Origin: Spirochaetia bacterium
Lineage (GTDB): Bacteria > Spirochaetota > Spirochaetia > UBA9216
Assembly: GCA_963675665.1 (NCBI GenBank)
Contig: OY776510.1
Span: 139,840 to 203,839, forward strand
Direction: 5' to 3'
DNA: 64,000 nucleotides
The notes beneath the pieces are model-generated. The model searched no databases, had not been told where the DNA came from, and worked only from the letters and a program-made list of their open reading frames with translations. This document shows positions 18,648 to 28,910 of the stretch, piece after piece. The first letter of the stretch is position 1. Every line of letters begins with the position of its first letter. Position numbers and translations under genes: made by a program.

Positions 18648-19364
18648 CTATTCAACTATAATTTTTATAGCTTCAATCATTTCTGCAGCACTATCTATTC
18701 CGGTTAAATCCGTATAAAGCCCTGGATTTTCATCCAGAGAACCTCCGTGACCGACCAGCGAAAGAGAAACCGATTGCCCTTTTTCAATACAGCTGATATC
18801 AGCAGAATATATAATTGACGGTTGCCCTGCCCAATCATTATTGTCCTCTGTATATACAGCGTTTACATCATCCGATTTGTTCAGTTCTGCAAAAACTCTG
18901 GTTGCAGACGGAAGTTCATCTGTTGAAGTTTCAAGAGAAAAATCCGCCATGGGTGTTGCGGACGTCAAAGTATCAGGATACGGATATTCCCTGCACGGCA
19001 GCCGGCTTCCGGAGTTTTTGAGTTTAAAACTCCAGAACGGCAGGCATTCAGAATAAAAGGCCTCTCCGTCTTCATTCTTTGCGGAATGATTTACCTCAGT
19101 AAAATCCGCTCCGGTTACATAAAGGGTCTGAACAAGCTCACCTTCCGCATTCTCAAGCCAGACAGCCATTTGTGGAAGTACATTAAAGATGAACGGTCCT
19201 ATATGCATTTGACTGCTCCACTCATCTCCGGTATCTGTATCGATAGTCAGAAGACGCTCTGCAGAATCGTCCAGTTGTATTACGGTATAAGAGGTATCCA
19301 GTTTATTCATTACACAACCTGAAAAAGTCAAAGTTGCAGCAACAACAATCAGTATTATTTTATT
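18648..19364 (-). CDS. Lipoprotein, unknown function
   Basis: MNKIILIVVAATLTFSGC has a lipobox (LTFSGC). I prefer the internal ATG at 19364 over the longest ORF start at 19379. Confidence 0.5.
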   Translation of the reverse strand, partial: NKIILIVVAATLTFSGCVMNKLDTSYTVIQLDDSAERLLTIDTDTGDEWSSQMHIGPFIFNVLPQMAVWLENAEGELVQTLYVTGADFTEVNHSAKNEDGEAFYSECLPFWSFKLKNSGSRLPCREYPYPDTLTSATPMADFSLETSTDELPSATRVFAELNKSDDVNAVYTEDNNDWAGQPSIIYSADISCIEKGQSVSLSLVGHGGSLDENPGLYTDLTGIDSAAEMIEAIKIIVE

Positions 19365-19450
19365 CATTTCTGCTCCCAAATATATTGCTTCAGTATTATT
19401 TCAACTGAATATTACAACAATTGAAGCAGTTAAAAATGTTACCTTATTTT

Positions 19451-19852
19451 TCAGGAATTGCTTTTTTCCTCTTCCTTAATCATTTTTTCGATTCTCTGAA
19501 CTCTTTTACCTACATCGTTTACCCGGTATTCAATTGTATTGAGAATCCAGAAAATGAAGTGGTTGTATTTATGCTGGGAATGGATCATCCAGACAATCTT
19601 TATTGACACAAGCAGCACAGAGATCTCCAGGGAAATAAAAGCCGGAAGCCAGTGGGTTGTGGTTTCCAGAATAAACATCAGGAGAATCAGTCCCAGAAAA
19701 ACCAGGTTTATTATATTATCCCGGTTGGAATAGCTTTTACCGCCGATATTGCCGATGAGAGCCTTTATCTCTTCCTTTTCCTTATTGAATTCGGCTATTT
19801 CGGCTTCCAGCTGCGCCTTGTTCTGTTCCCATTCAGAATGATCGATACTCAT
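19451..19852 (-). CDS. Small 2-TM membrane protein with N-terminal coiled coil
   Basis: The longest ORF (to 19933) would overlap the upstream HAD gene by 60 nt. I prefer the internal start MSIDHSEWEQNK. Confidence 0.4.
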   Translation of the reverse strand: MSIDHSEWEQNKAQLEAEIAEFNKEKEEIKALIGNIGGKSYSNRDNIINLVFLGLILLMFILETTTHWLPAFISLEISVLLVSIKIVWMIHSQHKYNHFIFWILNTIEYRVNDVGKRVQRIEKMIKEEEKSNS

Positions 19853-19872
19853 AAATTGCCTCCACCGAATTA

Positions 19873-20661
19873 TTACATAATTGGAATCTCTAACAGCTTT
19901 TCTGAAATTTCCACAAAACCCTTTCCGCCGCATAACGACGCAACATAAGCAGGTTCGTTTTCAAGTATATCAGCAAAATCCAGAATATTGGCAACAGCAA
20001 ATGAATTGGGCAGTAATCCAAACAGGGGTTCGTCATTCGGCGAATCACCGCAAAACACAGCTTCTGCCTTGAACTCATCTTCATCTAATCCGTAACGCTC
20101 TTTCATAAACAGAATCGCCATATCGCGCTTGCTGTAATTTCCAAACCAGGTATTAACGTGAATTGAACTTACTTTGGCCTCCGCGCCGAAGCTTTCACAG
20201 ATTTCTTTAATACGCACGGCTGTCTCGTACCCCAGGCGCGGCGGGTCTTCGTTAAAATCAATGGCCAGATCATATATTCTTGCAAACTGGTCTCTTGCTT
20301 TTCTTACAAGCGGAATCTCGGTTTTTACAGCCCGATAAACCTGCTCAAGCTTTTTTATACTTTCACCGTCGGCAACAGAAGGATGGATAAAACTTTTAAG
20401 CTGCAAATTATCGAAGAAATAAACAAAAGCGCCGTTCTCGCCGATAACTGCATCAACCGGCCACTGGCGTATTATCATGTCGCACCATCCGGCCGGTCTG
20501 CCGGTTACCGGGATGATCTTCATTCCTGCATTTTGAAGCTGCCACAACGCTTTATATGCTTCAGCGCTCAGCTTGCCGTTGTCCGTAAGAGTGTCGTCTA
20601 TATCCGTAAGTATAAAACGTACACCGTTTGCCGGCGGTAAAAACTCCTTAAGAGGCTTCAT
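19873..20661 (-). CDS. HAD-IIB (Cof-type) phosphatase
   Basis: It has motif I DIDDTLT, GDSPNDEPLF (motif IV), and a cap insert typical of HAD-IIB. Its start overlaps the upstream CDP-alcohol phosphatidyltransferase gene by 14 nt. Confidence 0.7.
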   Translation of the reverse strand: MKPLKEFLPPANGVRFILTDIDDTLTDNGKLSAEAYKALWQLQNAGMKIIPVTGRPAGWCDMIIRQWPVDAVIGENGAFVYFFDNLQLKSFIHPSVADGESIKKLEQVYRAVKTEIPLVRKARDQFARIYDLAIDFNEDPPRLGYETAVRIKEICESFGAEAKVSSIHVNTWFGNYSKRDMAILFMKERYGLDEDEFKAEAVFCGDSPNDEPLFGLLPNSFAVANILDFADILENEPAYVASLCGGKGFVEISEKLLEIPIM

Positions 20662-21238
20662 CGCTTTTAAAAATCTTTCTTACGGCAACAATATAGGTGA
20701 TGAATGATAAAAGTGAAGCAAGCGCTGAAAGAATGAAAAACAGCGTTACAATCGCTTCAAATATTCCGATGCCGCTGAAACTGAGTTCCAGGCGATAAAC
20801 CGAAATCAGTAAAATGCCGAGAGCGCTTGATACCGTATAGGTTACAGCCTTGGCCTTGCCCCATATGCTGGCTGCCATTGCAGTGCCGCGTCCCATCATC
20901 ATCATTCTGACAAATGTTATTCCAAGTTCACGATAAATTATTACAAGCAGGGCCCACAACGGCATAATTCCCGTAAAGGCAAAACAGATAAAAAATGTAA
21001 CCCTGCTGATTACGTCCGAAAAAGGGTCCAGAATCTTTCCCAGATCGGTCACCATATTGTATTTTCTCGCTATATAGCCGTCGAGAACGTCCGAGAGTTC
21101 CATCACAATCAGCATGGGTATCATTATAAATACCGAAGCAGCAGCAAAACTGCCGGTCCATTCCGGAATGAAATATACAAGGAAAAATACAGGAGCAAGA
21201 ATAATCCTGAAAACAGTTATTTTTGTCGGTAGATTCAT
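20648..21238 (-). CDS. CDP-alcohol phosphatidyltransferase (PgsA-like)
   Basis: It has D-G-x2-A-R-x8-G-x3-D-x3-D (DVLDGYIARKYNMVTDLGKILDPFSDVISR). The product is 196 aa with about 5 TM segments. Confidence 0.75.
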   Translation of the reverse strand: MNLPTKITVFRIILAPVFFLVYFIPEWTGSFAAASVFIMIPMLIVMELSDVLDGYIARKYNMVTDLGKILDPFSDVISRVTFFICFAFTGIMPLWALLVIIYRELGITFVRMMMMGRGTAMAASIWGKAKAVTYTVSSALGILLISVYRLELSFSGIGIFEAIVTLFFILSALASLLSFITYIVAVRKIFKSDEAS

Positions 21239-21458
21239 AATCTGAGGTTATGATTTAAACCGGATTATGTCAATGTAGGCCTAATTAAATCAACCCATGG
21301 CTGCCTTTGAACCATAAATCACAGCCGGAATCATCGCCAGCCGAAAACTACTGTCGAAAGACTCCAGATGTTTTCAGCCGTCGATGCTGCCGGCAGTTAT
21401 ACCTGGGAAATTGCAGCCTTAGGTTCAATTAATCTATTTATCTGAAATATTACAAGAA

Positions 21459-21749
21459 TCAGGCATGTTTCCGGGAGGCTTCTTTGAACATTTCCTGATA
21501 TCTTGTTTTTTTTGCGTAGGAATAAAGAACCTTATAACCCTTTTCGGTACGTTCCCTGAATATTTCACGCAGTTTGTCATCCATTTCACGTCTTGTTTTA
21601 AAAGTATAGACCTTTTCACGACCGGAGCCCTGATCCATTCCGTATATGGTACTGAATGAATATTTTGAAAAAAGATGCGACTGCCTGTCATGAATTGAGT
21701 AGTAGCGGATGCTTGAATCATTCATAGTCTTGAAAAAGGTAATCATCAT
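21459..21749 (-). CDS. Small hypothetical protein, weak WGR-domain-like C-terminus
   Basis: 96 aa. The ...KLREIFRERTEKGYKVLY ending resembles the end of WGR domains. The assignment is tentative. Confidence 0.3.
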   Translation of the reverse strand: MMITFFKTMNDSSIRYYSIHDRQSHLFSKYSFSTIYGMDQGSGREKVYTFKTRREMDDKLREIFRERTEKGYKVLYSYAKKTRYQEMFKEASRKHA

Positions 21750-21785
21750 ACATTTTGAGTATCGACCGGTTTGCCTATAAACTAT

Positions 21786-22514
21786 TCACTCGATATGACG
21801 AATTATTACAGGTTTATTCATTTTATCAAAGCGAATGCGGTATTCAATGCTTGGTGTAATTGCGGCGGCTTCAGCCATTCCTGAAGAAACAGAAAACCCC
21901 GGCAAAGACAATAATCTTTTTAGAAGGAAACTTCCGGCGGCATCCTGCGGATCAGTCTCCGACTGGCTGAAACCCTCAAACCGGTATACAGAGCCGGATC
22001 CGGTAATAAAAAAATAATCCGGAAACTCTATAAGAACCAGCTGAGGATAAACCGTTTTGCTTTCTATACTGTCGATTCCGGTCCGGCCGTCCGGTGTTTC
22101 AAACTGAATCCGGGTAAAATCACTTCCTTCCGAAATGGTACGGTAAGTACAGACCTCGGCTCCCGGCACAACGCACAGCCAACCGTAAAGAGAATACCAG
22201 GTACCGCTTATAAACAGCACAAGAATAAACAGCAGCGGAAGTCCTGCTGCTTTCCAGAACAGAACTCCAAGGTACCCTGCAGCCGTACTTCCCGCCAGCC
22301 AGTACAGCATAAAAGAAAGCGCCGTAAAATCAAAACCGGCGACAAACATCGCAGCCAGAACAGATAAAATTGCCAGGCTTAACAGAACTGATGCCGCAGG
22401 AGCGCTGCGTCTTTTCCGCGGAGACAGAACAAAACTAAGACCGCCTCCGAGCAGCAACCCGCCGAGGGTCAGCCAAAGATAAGTGTTTCCGGGATCAATT
22501 ACCCCGCAATTCAT
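21786..22514 (-). CDS. Integral membrane protein, unknown function
   Basis: 242 aa with 4-5 TM helices in the N-terminal half. It overlaps the upstream M32 gene by 20 nt. Confidence 0.45.
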   Translation of the reverse strand: MNCGVIDPGNTYLWLTLGGLLLGGGLSFVLSPRKRRSAPAASVLLSLAILSVLAAMFVAGFDFTALSFMLYWLAGSTAAGYLGVLFWKAAGLPLLFILVLFISGTWYSLYGWLCVVPGAEVCTYRTISEGSDFTRIQFETPDGRTGIDSIESKTVYPQLVLIEFPDYFFITGSGSVYRFEGFSQSETDPQDAAGSFLLKRLLSLPGFSVSSGMAEAAAITPSIEYRIRFDKMNKPVIIRHIE

Positions 22515-24018
22515 AGATTCCGCCGTATTTGTTTTCCAGGTAATCGCTGAAATAGCGGGGGTTCAGGCTTTCCCCTGTTACCCTTCGGCAAAGCTCGTCC
22601 GCCGGATAAACCATTCCGTACTGATGAATGTTTTCCCTCAGCCAGCCCAGGATTTTATCGAATTCTCCGCGCCGGACCAAAGCATCTAGATCATTAAATT
22701 CATTCATCATTGAATTTCTGAACTGTGCGGCATACAGATTGCCGAGCGCGTAAGTGGGGAAGTACCCTATAAGGCCCGCAGACCAGTGAACATCCTGCAG
22801 GACCCCTTCTGAATCGGTTTTTGGTTTAATACCCAGAAGCTCTTTCATTCGCCGGTTCCACTCATCCGGAAGCGACGATACTGCAAGCTCGCCCGAAAGC
22901 ATCGCTTTTTCAATCTCAAAACGCAGGATTACATGCAGACTGTATGTAACCTCGTCGGCTTCCACACGGATAAACGAAGGAGAAACCCTGTTTACAGCCC
23001 GGTAAAAATCATTAATTTCTACGCCTTCAGTCTGACTTCCGAATATTTTCTGAAATTCCGGAAAAAACAGTTCCCAGAAAGCAAGACTTCGGCCTACCAT
23101 ATTTTCCCAAAACCTGGACTGCGATTCATGAATACCCAGAGAAACTCCTGTTGCAAGAATTGTCCCTGCAATATTTTTACCCGTTCCAAGCTCATACAAC
23201 GCATGTCCGCATTCATGAATATTACTGAACAGCCCGCTGGTAACCAGCTTTTCGTCGTAACGGGTTGTAATTCGTACATCGTTTGTTCCCAAGGTTGTAG
23301 TAAAAGGATGGGCTGATATATCAAGACGGCCCCTGTCCATCGGGAATCCTATTTTGTCTATTACGCTTCGTCCGAACCGGTCCTGCAGATCAGCCGGGTA
23401 ATTCTTTCTAAGAAATGAAGTGTCGACCTGCTTCGATTTTGCAATTCTCGCCGTCAGATCCGCAAGTTCTCTGCCGAGAGGTCCGAAAACATCCTGGACC
23501 TGCGAGGACGTCATCCATGGTTCATATTCGTCAAGCAGCGCATCGTACGGGTGTTCCCTGTAGCCGATTTTCTCCGCTTTTTCACGGTTCAGCTCAATTA
23601 TCCTTGTAAGACTGTCCTCAAAAATTGTGAAATCGGCATTTTCCCTGGCGTTCACCCAGAAGGTATGTGCAAGACCCGTCTGCCTGGCCATCTCGGTAAC
23701 AAGAGATTCAGGCAAACGTGAAGCACGCCTGTAGTTGCGGTACATTTCGCGAATAAAGGCTTTATCCTCCGCAGGAAAGTCGCCCTTGCCTTCGGGTTTA
23801 TCGTCATCCGCGCCCAGCACCGATAACAGGCGGCCGATTTCAGGAGAGGTGAGTTTCTGATGCATTATACCCTCAAGAAGCGCAAGCTGATCGGCACGTT
23901 CTTCATTACCCGCATCGGGCATATTGGTTTCCTGGTCCCAGGAGACAATTGCCTGAGTATGCTCAAGCAGATAGAGATCACGCGCAGATTTCTTCAGATT
24001 AACAAGGCTGTCTTTCAT
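22495..24018 (-). CDS. M32-family carboxypeptidase (carboxypeptidase Taq-like)
   Basis: It has the HEXXH motif HECGHALYE plus IHESQSRFWEN, characteristic of M32 metallocarboxypeptidases. The product is 507 aa. Confidence 0.8.
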   Translation of the reverse strand: MKDSLVNLKKSARDLYLLEHTQAIVSWDQETNMPDAGNEERADQLALLEGIMHQKLTSPEIGRLLSVLGADDDKPEGKGDFPAEDKAFIREMYRNYRRASRLPESLVTEMARQTGLAHTFWVNARENADFTIFEDSLTRIIELNREKAEKIGYREHPYDALLDEYEPWMTSSQVQDVFGPLGRELADLTARIAKSKQVDTSFLRKNYPADLQDRFGRSVIDKIGFPMDRGRLDISAHPFTTTLGTNDVRITTRYDEKLVTSGLFSNIHECGHALYELGTGKNIAGTILATGVSLGIHESQSRFWENMVGRSLAFWELFFPEFQKIFGSQTEGVEINDFYRAVNRVSPSFIRVEADEVTYSLHVILRFEIEKAMLSGELAVSSLPDEWNRRMKELLGIKPKTDSEGVLQDVHWSAGLIGYFPTYALGNLYAAQFRNSMMNEFNDLDALVRRGEFDKILGWLRENIHQYGMVYPADELCRRVTGESLNPRYFSDYLENKYGGIYELRGN

Positions 24019-24163
24019 TCTTCCCCCTATTCCAATTCGATTACATTTTACCGAATTCCCTGTAAATTCGATGTTGTCTATTTACCGAAGCGTATGTATA
24101 TTCTACAGATAATTTATGCAAAATTCAAACAATAGATTATTTTTCTGTTATATTGGAGATTAT

Positions 24164-24889
24164 ATGAATAAAAGCCAGGTTACAAATTTGGCAGCTGCGG
24201 GCATTATTGCCGCCGGATACATTGTATCTATTTATGCCAGCCCTGCAATCGGTTCACATATTAAAACGGTCGGTTATTTTGCTCTTTCGGGAGCAATAAC
24301 AAACTGGCTTGCAGTCTATATGCTGTTCGACAAGGTTCCCGGGCTTTACGGTTCCGGCGTTATTCCGGCGCATTTTGAGGAAATCAAGGGATGGATTCGC
24401 GGAATGGTCATGGAACAGTTCTTTACCAGGGAAAATCTTGATCGTTATTTTGCCGAGGGACAGACGCTGCTGCTTGAATCCTTCGACTTTGAAAAAGCTG
24501 TCGACAAGCTTGATTATGACCGGATATACGACACAGTAAAGGGCGAGATCCTGTCCAGCACCCTCGGAGGAATGCTGGGAATGTTCGGCGGATCAGGCCT
24601 GTTCGAAAAATACCGCGATCCGTTTAAAATCAAAATCCGCGAATACATTCTTATCGAAATTACATCTCCACAGTTCTTTGAAACCATTACCGCCTCGGGA
24701 AACCTGGATATTACATCGATTGTAATGGAAAAGGTAACCGAAATAGTTCAGGCAAGGCTTGATGAGCTGACTCCGGTGATGATAAAGGAAATCGTTCAGG
24801 AAATGATCAGAGTTCATCTGGGATGGCTTGTAGTATGGGGCGGCGTTTTCGGCGGGGTAATAGGCCTTGCAATGAGCTTTGTAAGCTGA
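24164..24889 (+). CDS. DUF445-family membrane protein
   Basis: GAITNWLAVYMLFDKVPG near the N-terminus and a C-terminal HLGWLVVWGGVFGGVIG are both typical of DUF445. I chose the internal ATG at 24164 because GGAGAT sits 5 nt upstream. Confidence 0.6.
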   Translation: MNKSQVTNLAAAGIIAAGYIVSIYASPAIGSHIKTVGYFALSGAITNWLAVYMLFDKVPGLYGSGVIPAHFEEIKGWIRGMVMEQFFTRENLDRYFAEGQTLLLESFDFEKAVDKLDYDRIYDTVKGEILSSTLGGMLGMFGGSGLFEKYRDPFKIKIREYILIEITSPQFFETITASGNLDITSIVMEKVTEIVQARLDELTPVMIKEIVQEMIRVHLGWLVVWGGVFGGVIGLAMSFVS

Positions 24890-25456
24890 ATGAATTCTGC
24901 ACTGATTCTTGCCGGAGGTAATAGCTCGCGTTTCGGGAGTAACAAAGCCATTGCCGGATTGAATGGAAAACCAGTGATTGCACATATTCTATCTCAGCTT
25001 GAACCGCTTTTTTCAGAAATAATCATATCAGCAAAAGATTCAGAAGAATATTCTGGACTGGGCCTTCCTGTCTGTACCGATATTTTGCAAGGATTCGGCC
25101 CGCTTGCAGGAATACACGCAGGGCTTAAAGCAGCCTCATCTGAACATGTTTTTGTTACCGCCTGCGATATGCCGTTTATATCTAAGAAACTTATCCACCG
25201 AATGAAGAAACAGATATACAGATCAAAACCGGCAGCAGTCGTTTCCAGTCGTGGAGATTTCATAGAGCCCTTTCACGGGTTCTATTCAAAAAGCCTTGTT
25301 CCTGTAATTGAAGAAACAGCAAAGACAGGTCACTGTGGAATATTCTCATTCCTGAAAAAAATATATCCGGCGGTAATAGAATCTTCGGATGAATATATTT
25401 TTTATAATGTAAACCGGCCTGAAGATCTTGAAAAGCTTACTATTACCACCCTGTAA
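24890..25456 (+). CDS. mobA: Molybdenum cofactor guanylyltransferase MobA
   Basis: It has the LILAGGNSSRFGSNKA motif. The product is 188 aa. Its ATG overlaps the TGA of the upstream gene. Confidence 0.7.
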   Translation: MNSALILAGGNSSRFGSNKAIAGLNGKPVIAHILSQLEPLFSEIIISAKDSEEYSGLGLPVCTDILQGFGPLAGIHAGLKAASSEHVFVTACDMPFISKKLIHRMKKQIYRSKPAAVVSSRGDFIEPFHGFYSKSLVPVIEETAKTGHCGIFSFLKKIYPAVIESSDEYIFYNVNRPEDLEKLTITTL

Positions 25457-25558
25457 TTCTTTAAACATAACCATCTGGACCACTTAAATGGTTATTATAG
25501 AAGTCTTCTTAAGAACTTTCGCACGATTTATATTTTTTTCACTGTTGTCCATATGGGA

Positions 25559-26491
25559 CTATAAAGCACCGATTTTAATTTTTACTCCGCAGTCTCTGCC
25601 GATATCAACAAGGTACTGCAGATCTTCCTTCTTTACAGGCTGCAAATCATGCAGTTTGTATTTCCTTCCAAGGCCTTTGTATTTCATGTTGCCGAGCCTG
25701 TGATACGGAAGGATCTCTATCCAAAGCAAATTCTTCAATTTCGAAGCCCATTCGAAAATTTCGCGCTGAATATCCGGCTGATCATTAATTCCGGGAATGG
25801 AAGGAACCCGTATAATCATTTTCTTATTGAACCCGTCCAGTTTAATGATATTTTTAAGAATTTGATCATTATTGACGCCGGTATACTTTTTATGAAGAAC
25901 GCTGTCACTGTGCTTAATATCAACATAGATCAAATCAGCGTCCCGTAAAATGTGTAACGAGCTGTCTTCGTTAGTGTAGAGACATGTTTCAACTGCAACA
26001 TGAAAATGATAGTCTTTGCAGGCTTTAATCAGCTCTGCTAAAAACTTTGACTGAAGAAGAGGTTCTCCCCCGGAAAAAGTAACACCCCCTCCTGATTCTA
26101 TATAAAAGTCCCGGTCTTTTAAAACTTCCGCCATAACCTCGTTTACGGACATTTCCCTGCCTGTAAACTCGCGCGCACCGTAATAACATGCGCTTACACA
26201 CTCGCCGCATAATACGCATTTTGAAAAATCTGTATAAATTCCGTATTTATCATCGTACCGAACAGCCCCGACCGGACATTTTTCAACACACCGACCGCAT
26301 AGACTGCATTTATTGGGAAAGTATATAATCTGCGGTTTTTTTATCTGAGATTCGGGATTTGCGCACCAGTCGCATCTTAACGGACAGCCCTTCATAAAAA
26401 CAACCGTCCTTATTCCCGGGCCGTCTTCAAGACCATAACGTTCAATATTAAAAATTATACCCTTCATCTGCCCCATCCTGCTTTCAGGCAT
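25559..26491 (-). CDS. Glycyl-radical enzyme activating enzyme (radical SAM, with two extra ferredoxin-like clusters)
   Basis: It has GCPLRCDWCANPES (CxxxCxxC) plus CSLCGRCVEKCP and CVLCGECVSACYYG. It overlaps the 3' end of the GRE gene by 8 nt. Confidence 0.85.
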   Translation of the reverse strand: MPESRMGQMKGIIFNIERYGLEDGPGIRTVVFMKGCPLRCDWCANPESQIKKPQIIYFPNKCSLCGRCVEKCPVGAVRYDDKYGIYTDFSKCVLCGECVSACYYGAREFTGREMSVNEVMAEVLKDRDFYIESGGGVTFSGGEPLLQSKFLAELIKACKDYHFHVAVETCLYTNEDSSLHILRDADLIYVDIKHSDSVLHKKYTGVNNDQILKNIIKLDGFNKKMIIRVPSIPGINDQPDIQREIFEWASKLKNLLWIEILPYHRLGNMKYKGLGRKYKLHDLQPVKKEDLQYLVDIGRDCGVKIKIGAL

Positions 26492-28895
26492 TTACCTCCG
26501 CCCTTCCGATAAGATCGTCCTGGCAGGCGCTGTCCAGCAGGGTGAACAGACAGCTGTATCCGGAAACCCTGACCATCAGGTCTCTGTACATATCCGGATT
26601 GGCTTTTGCGGCCTTCAGGGTTGAATTGTCAACAACATTGAACTGGATCTGCTGGCCGTATTTATCAAAAAACACCTTTATCAGCGCGGCAATCCGCTTC
26701 CGCCCTTCAAGCGATTTCAAAATACCGTTTGCAAGCCTCATATTCAGTATGGCGCCCTTCTGGAACCATTCCGTCGGCATTTTACTGACGGAAAGCACTG
26801 TGGCAGTTGCACCCATTTTCTCCGCCCCGTTGCACGGTGAAATACCGTTGTTGACCGGCTGACCGGCTTTTCTTCCGTCGGGAGTTGCTCCGATTAACTT
26901 GCCGAACGCAACATTTCCGGTAACGGGGCTGATATTGGTTGAGAAACACCCGGGAACCGGTCCTTTGCCGTACCTTGAATTCCTGAAATCCTTGTGAAAA
27001 CTGCTGCCTATAAAGTCGGCGATTCTTACAGACCATTTATCAACTGAATCTTCATCGTTTCCGAATTTAGGAGCCTTGTTTATCAGAAGCTGCCTTATTT
27101 CCTCACCGGTTGGAGATGTTGTCGTATCCTCGAAATTTGAGGACAGGGCATGCATCAACTGCTCTGAGGTTACCAGATTTTTATCAAATACAGCGTATTC
27201 GATTGCCCCGAGAGAATCTCCGGCTGTATTTATTCCGGCTGTCGGCCCTCCGTCTGCGGAATAAACGGAACCTCCTTCAATCAGTGAAAGCCCCCGCTCT
27301 ACGCAGTCTGCTATCAGCGATGATGAAAACGCGTTTATGTCCCGTTCCCTGTGCAGGTCGTCGCTGATATGTTCCATGATAACAATCAAACTCATGTAAT
27401 AATTCAGCTGCTTTTTAAACGACTCGAATAATTCTTCAGTACTTTTCAGTTCAGTCAGATCTCCGTCGCCGGGCAGCAGGGTTATTCCTTTAGCAGGGTC
27501 CGTCCCGTTATTCAGGGTTATTTCGAGGACCTTTGCGATATTTAAGCCGCCGCCTTTTGCCGCAAAATCCCATTTTCCCGGAATAGAAGCTTCAATGCAT
27601 CCTACCGGGGCCCAGTTTACGGCATCTTCACGGCTAACCCCCATACCTGTAAGGGTTCGTATGAAAGCCTTGTCATTATAGAATGCAGGCATACCGCCTT
27701 TATGCTTCTGTACAGCCTCCAGAGCCCTTGTTATAAAACCGTCATCGGTACCTTCAAACCACTTAACGGAAAGTGATGACGTAAAAAGCTTTACATCCTC
27801 ATAGGCTTCGATACAGAGCCAGGAAAGATCATTAACAGCGTCCTTTCCGTCAACGGTCTGTCCTCCGATGGAAAGATTTATTGCCATATGGTAATTCGGC
27901 ATCATCTGGGTTTCATCCCAGCAGCGCAGTTTATTCAGCGAATTCATTTTTATAACGAACAGTTCAATTAATACAAGCGCTTCCTCTCTGCTCAAAGAAC
28001 CGTCTTCAATGTCCGCTGAATACAGCGGATACAGGTACTGATCAAATCTACCGACAGAATTTGAATGACCGTTGGACTCAATATAATACATCAGAAGTAT
28101 GAACCAAACGCTCTGAACACCTTCCCTGAAATTCCGCGCGGGATTTTCCGGGACGTTCGCACAGCTTTCCGCCATTCGCATCAGTTCCGCTTTTCTTTCA
28201 GGATCCTTTTCCTGTTTCGCTTCTTTCAGACATAACTCTGAATAGCGATTTGCAAACCGGATAACAGCTTCATTTGAGATAACAACGGCATTTAAAAACC
28301 AGTGTTTTTTTATTGCATCCGGCTGCGTCAAATCGAGTTCTTCAAGCTTCTTTTTTGCATGATTGATAACATATCTCAATCCCTTCCTGACGACCAGCTC
28401 AAAATCAGGAAGCATATTCCCCAGAGCTGCAACTATAACCCAGGTATTGTCTATTACGCCCATCTCCCAGGCCTGAGTGCATTCAGGCGGCAGCCGTTTT
28501 TTATAGCTTTCAAAAAGGGTCTTTCCTTCCCAGTATTGTATTATTTCCAGCAATTCAGCCCTTACTTCGTCGCTGCAGATGAACCTGTCGGCAGGTCTCC
28601 GGTCCAGCGGATAGGGGATCCCGTTAAGATCATTTTTAAGCCATTCGGTTGAATATTCAGGGTAGATAGGTGCAGCCCAGGGCCTGCTTGTCTGATTGCC
28701 GACAATAAGTTCGCCTTCCGATACAAAAAGCGACATATTATCAAGTACATTTGCAAATGCCTTTGCTCTTCTTACCGCTATATTTTCGCCCTCGGTCTGC
28801 TTCATTGACTGTGTAAAAAACCTGGCCCTTTCGCTGCAGATTTCGGGTACTGTTTCAAAAAAACGGCTTCGTAAACTTTCGATTCTTGTATCCAT
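26484..28895 (-). CDS. Glycyl radical enzyme, eliminase/dehydratase class (PFL2/glycerol-dehydratase-like), substrate unknown
   Basis: 803 aa. The C-terminus has RVSGYS (Gly radical). There is a single-Cys loop VGCIEASIPG (Cys-x-Glu rather than the Cys-Cys of PFL). The N-terminus, RIESLRSRFFETVPEICSERARFF, is like GRE dehydratases. Confidence 0.85.
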   Translation of the reverse strand: MDTRIESLRSRFFETVPEICSERARFFTQSMKQTEGENIAVRRAKAFANVLDNMSLFVSEGELIVGNQTSRPWAAPIYPEYSTEWLKNDLNGIPYPLDRRPADRFICSDEVRAELLEIIQYWEGKTLFESYKKRLPPECTQAWEMGVIDNTWVIVAALGNMLPDFELVVRKGLRYVINHAKKKLEELDLTQPDAIKKHWFLNAVVISNEAVIRFANRYSELCLKEAKQEKDPERKAELMRMAESCANVPENPARNFREGVQSVWFILLMYYIESNGHSNSVGRFDQYLYPLYSADIEDGSLSREEALVLIELFVIKMNSLNKLRCWDETQMMPNYHMAINLSIGGQTVDGKDAVNDLSWLCIEAYEDVKLFTSSLSVKWFEGTDDGFITRALEAVQKHKGGMPAFYNDKAFIRTLTGMGVSREDAVNWAPVGCIEASIPGKWDFAAKGGGLNIAKVLEITLNNGTDPAKGITLLPGDGDLTELKSTEELFESFKKQLNYYMSLIVIMEHISDDLHRERDINAFSSSLIADCVERGLSLIEGGSVYSADGGPTAGINTAGDSLGAIEYAVFDKNLVTSEQLMHALSSNFEDTTTSPTGEEIRQLLINKAPKFGNDEDSVDKWSVRIADFIGSSFHKDFRNSRYGKGPVPGCFSTNISPVTGNVAFGKLIGATPDGRKAGQPVNNGISPCNGAEKMGATATVLSVSKMPTEWFQKGAILNMRLANGILKSLEGRKRIAALIKVFFDKYGQQIQFNVVDNSTLKAAKANPDMYRDLMVRVSGYSCLFTLLDSACQDDLIGRAEVNA

Positions 28896-28910
28896 ATAAC
28901 CCCCCTCTCC

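Noticed and set aside
21434-21721. 95-aa ORF overlapping the 21459..21749 ORF in another frame
   Set aside because: The two are mutually exclusive. The 21459..21749 frame gives the more protein-like, Lys/Arg/Glu-balanced product with a WGR-like ending, though neither is strongly supported.
25457-25558. Hairpin ataaccat...atggttat between convergent mobA and the GRE activase
   Set aside because: The stem is only 8 bp with a 13-nt loop and no flanking U/A tract, which is too weak to call a terminator.
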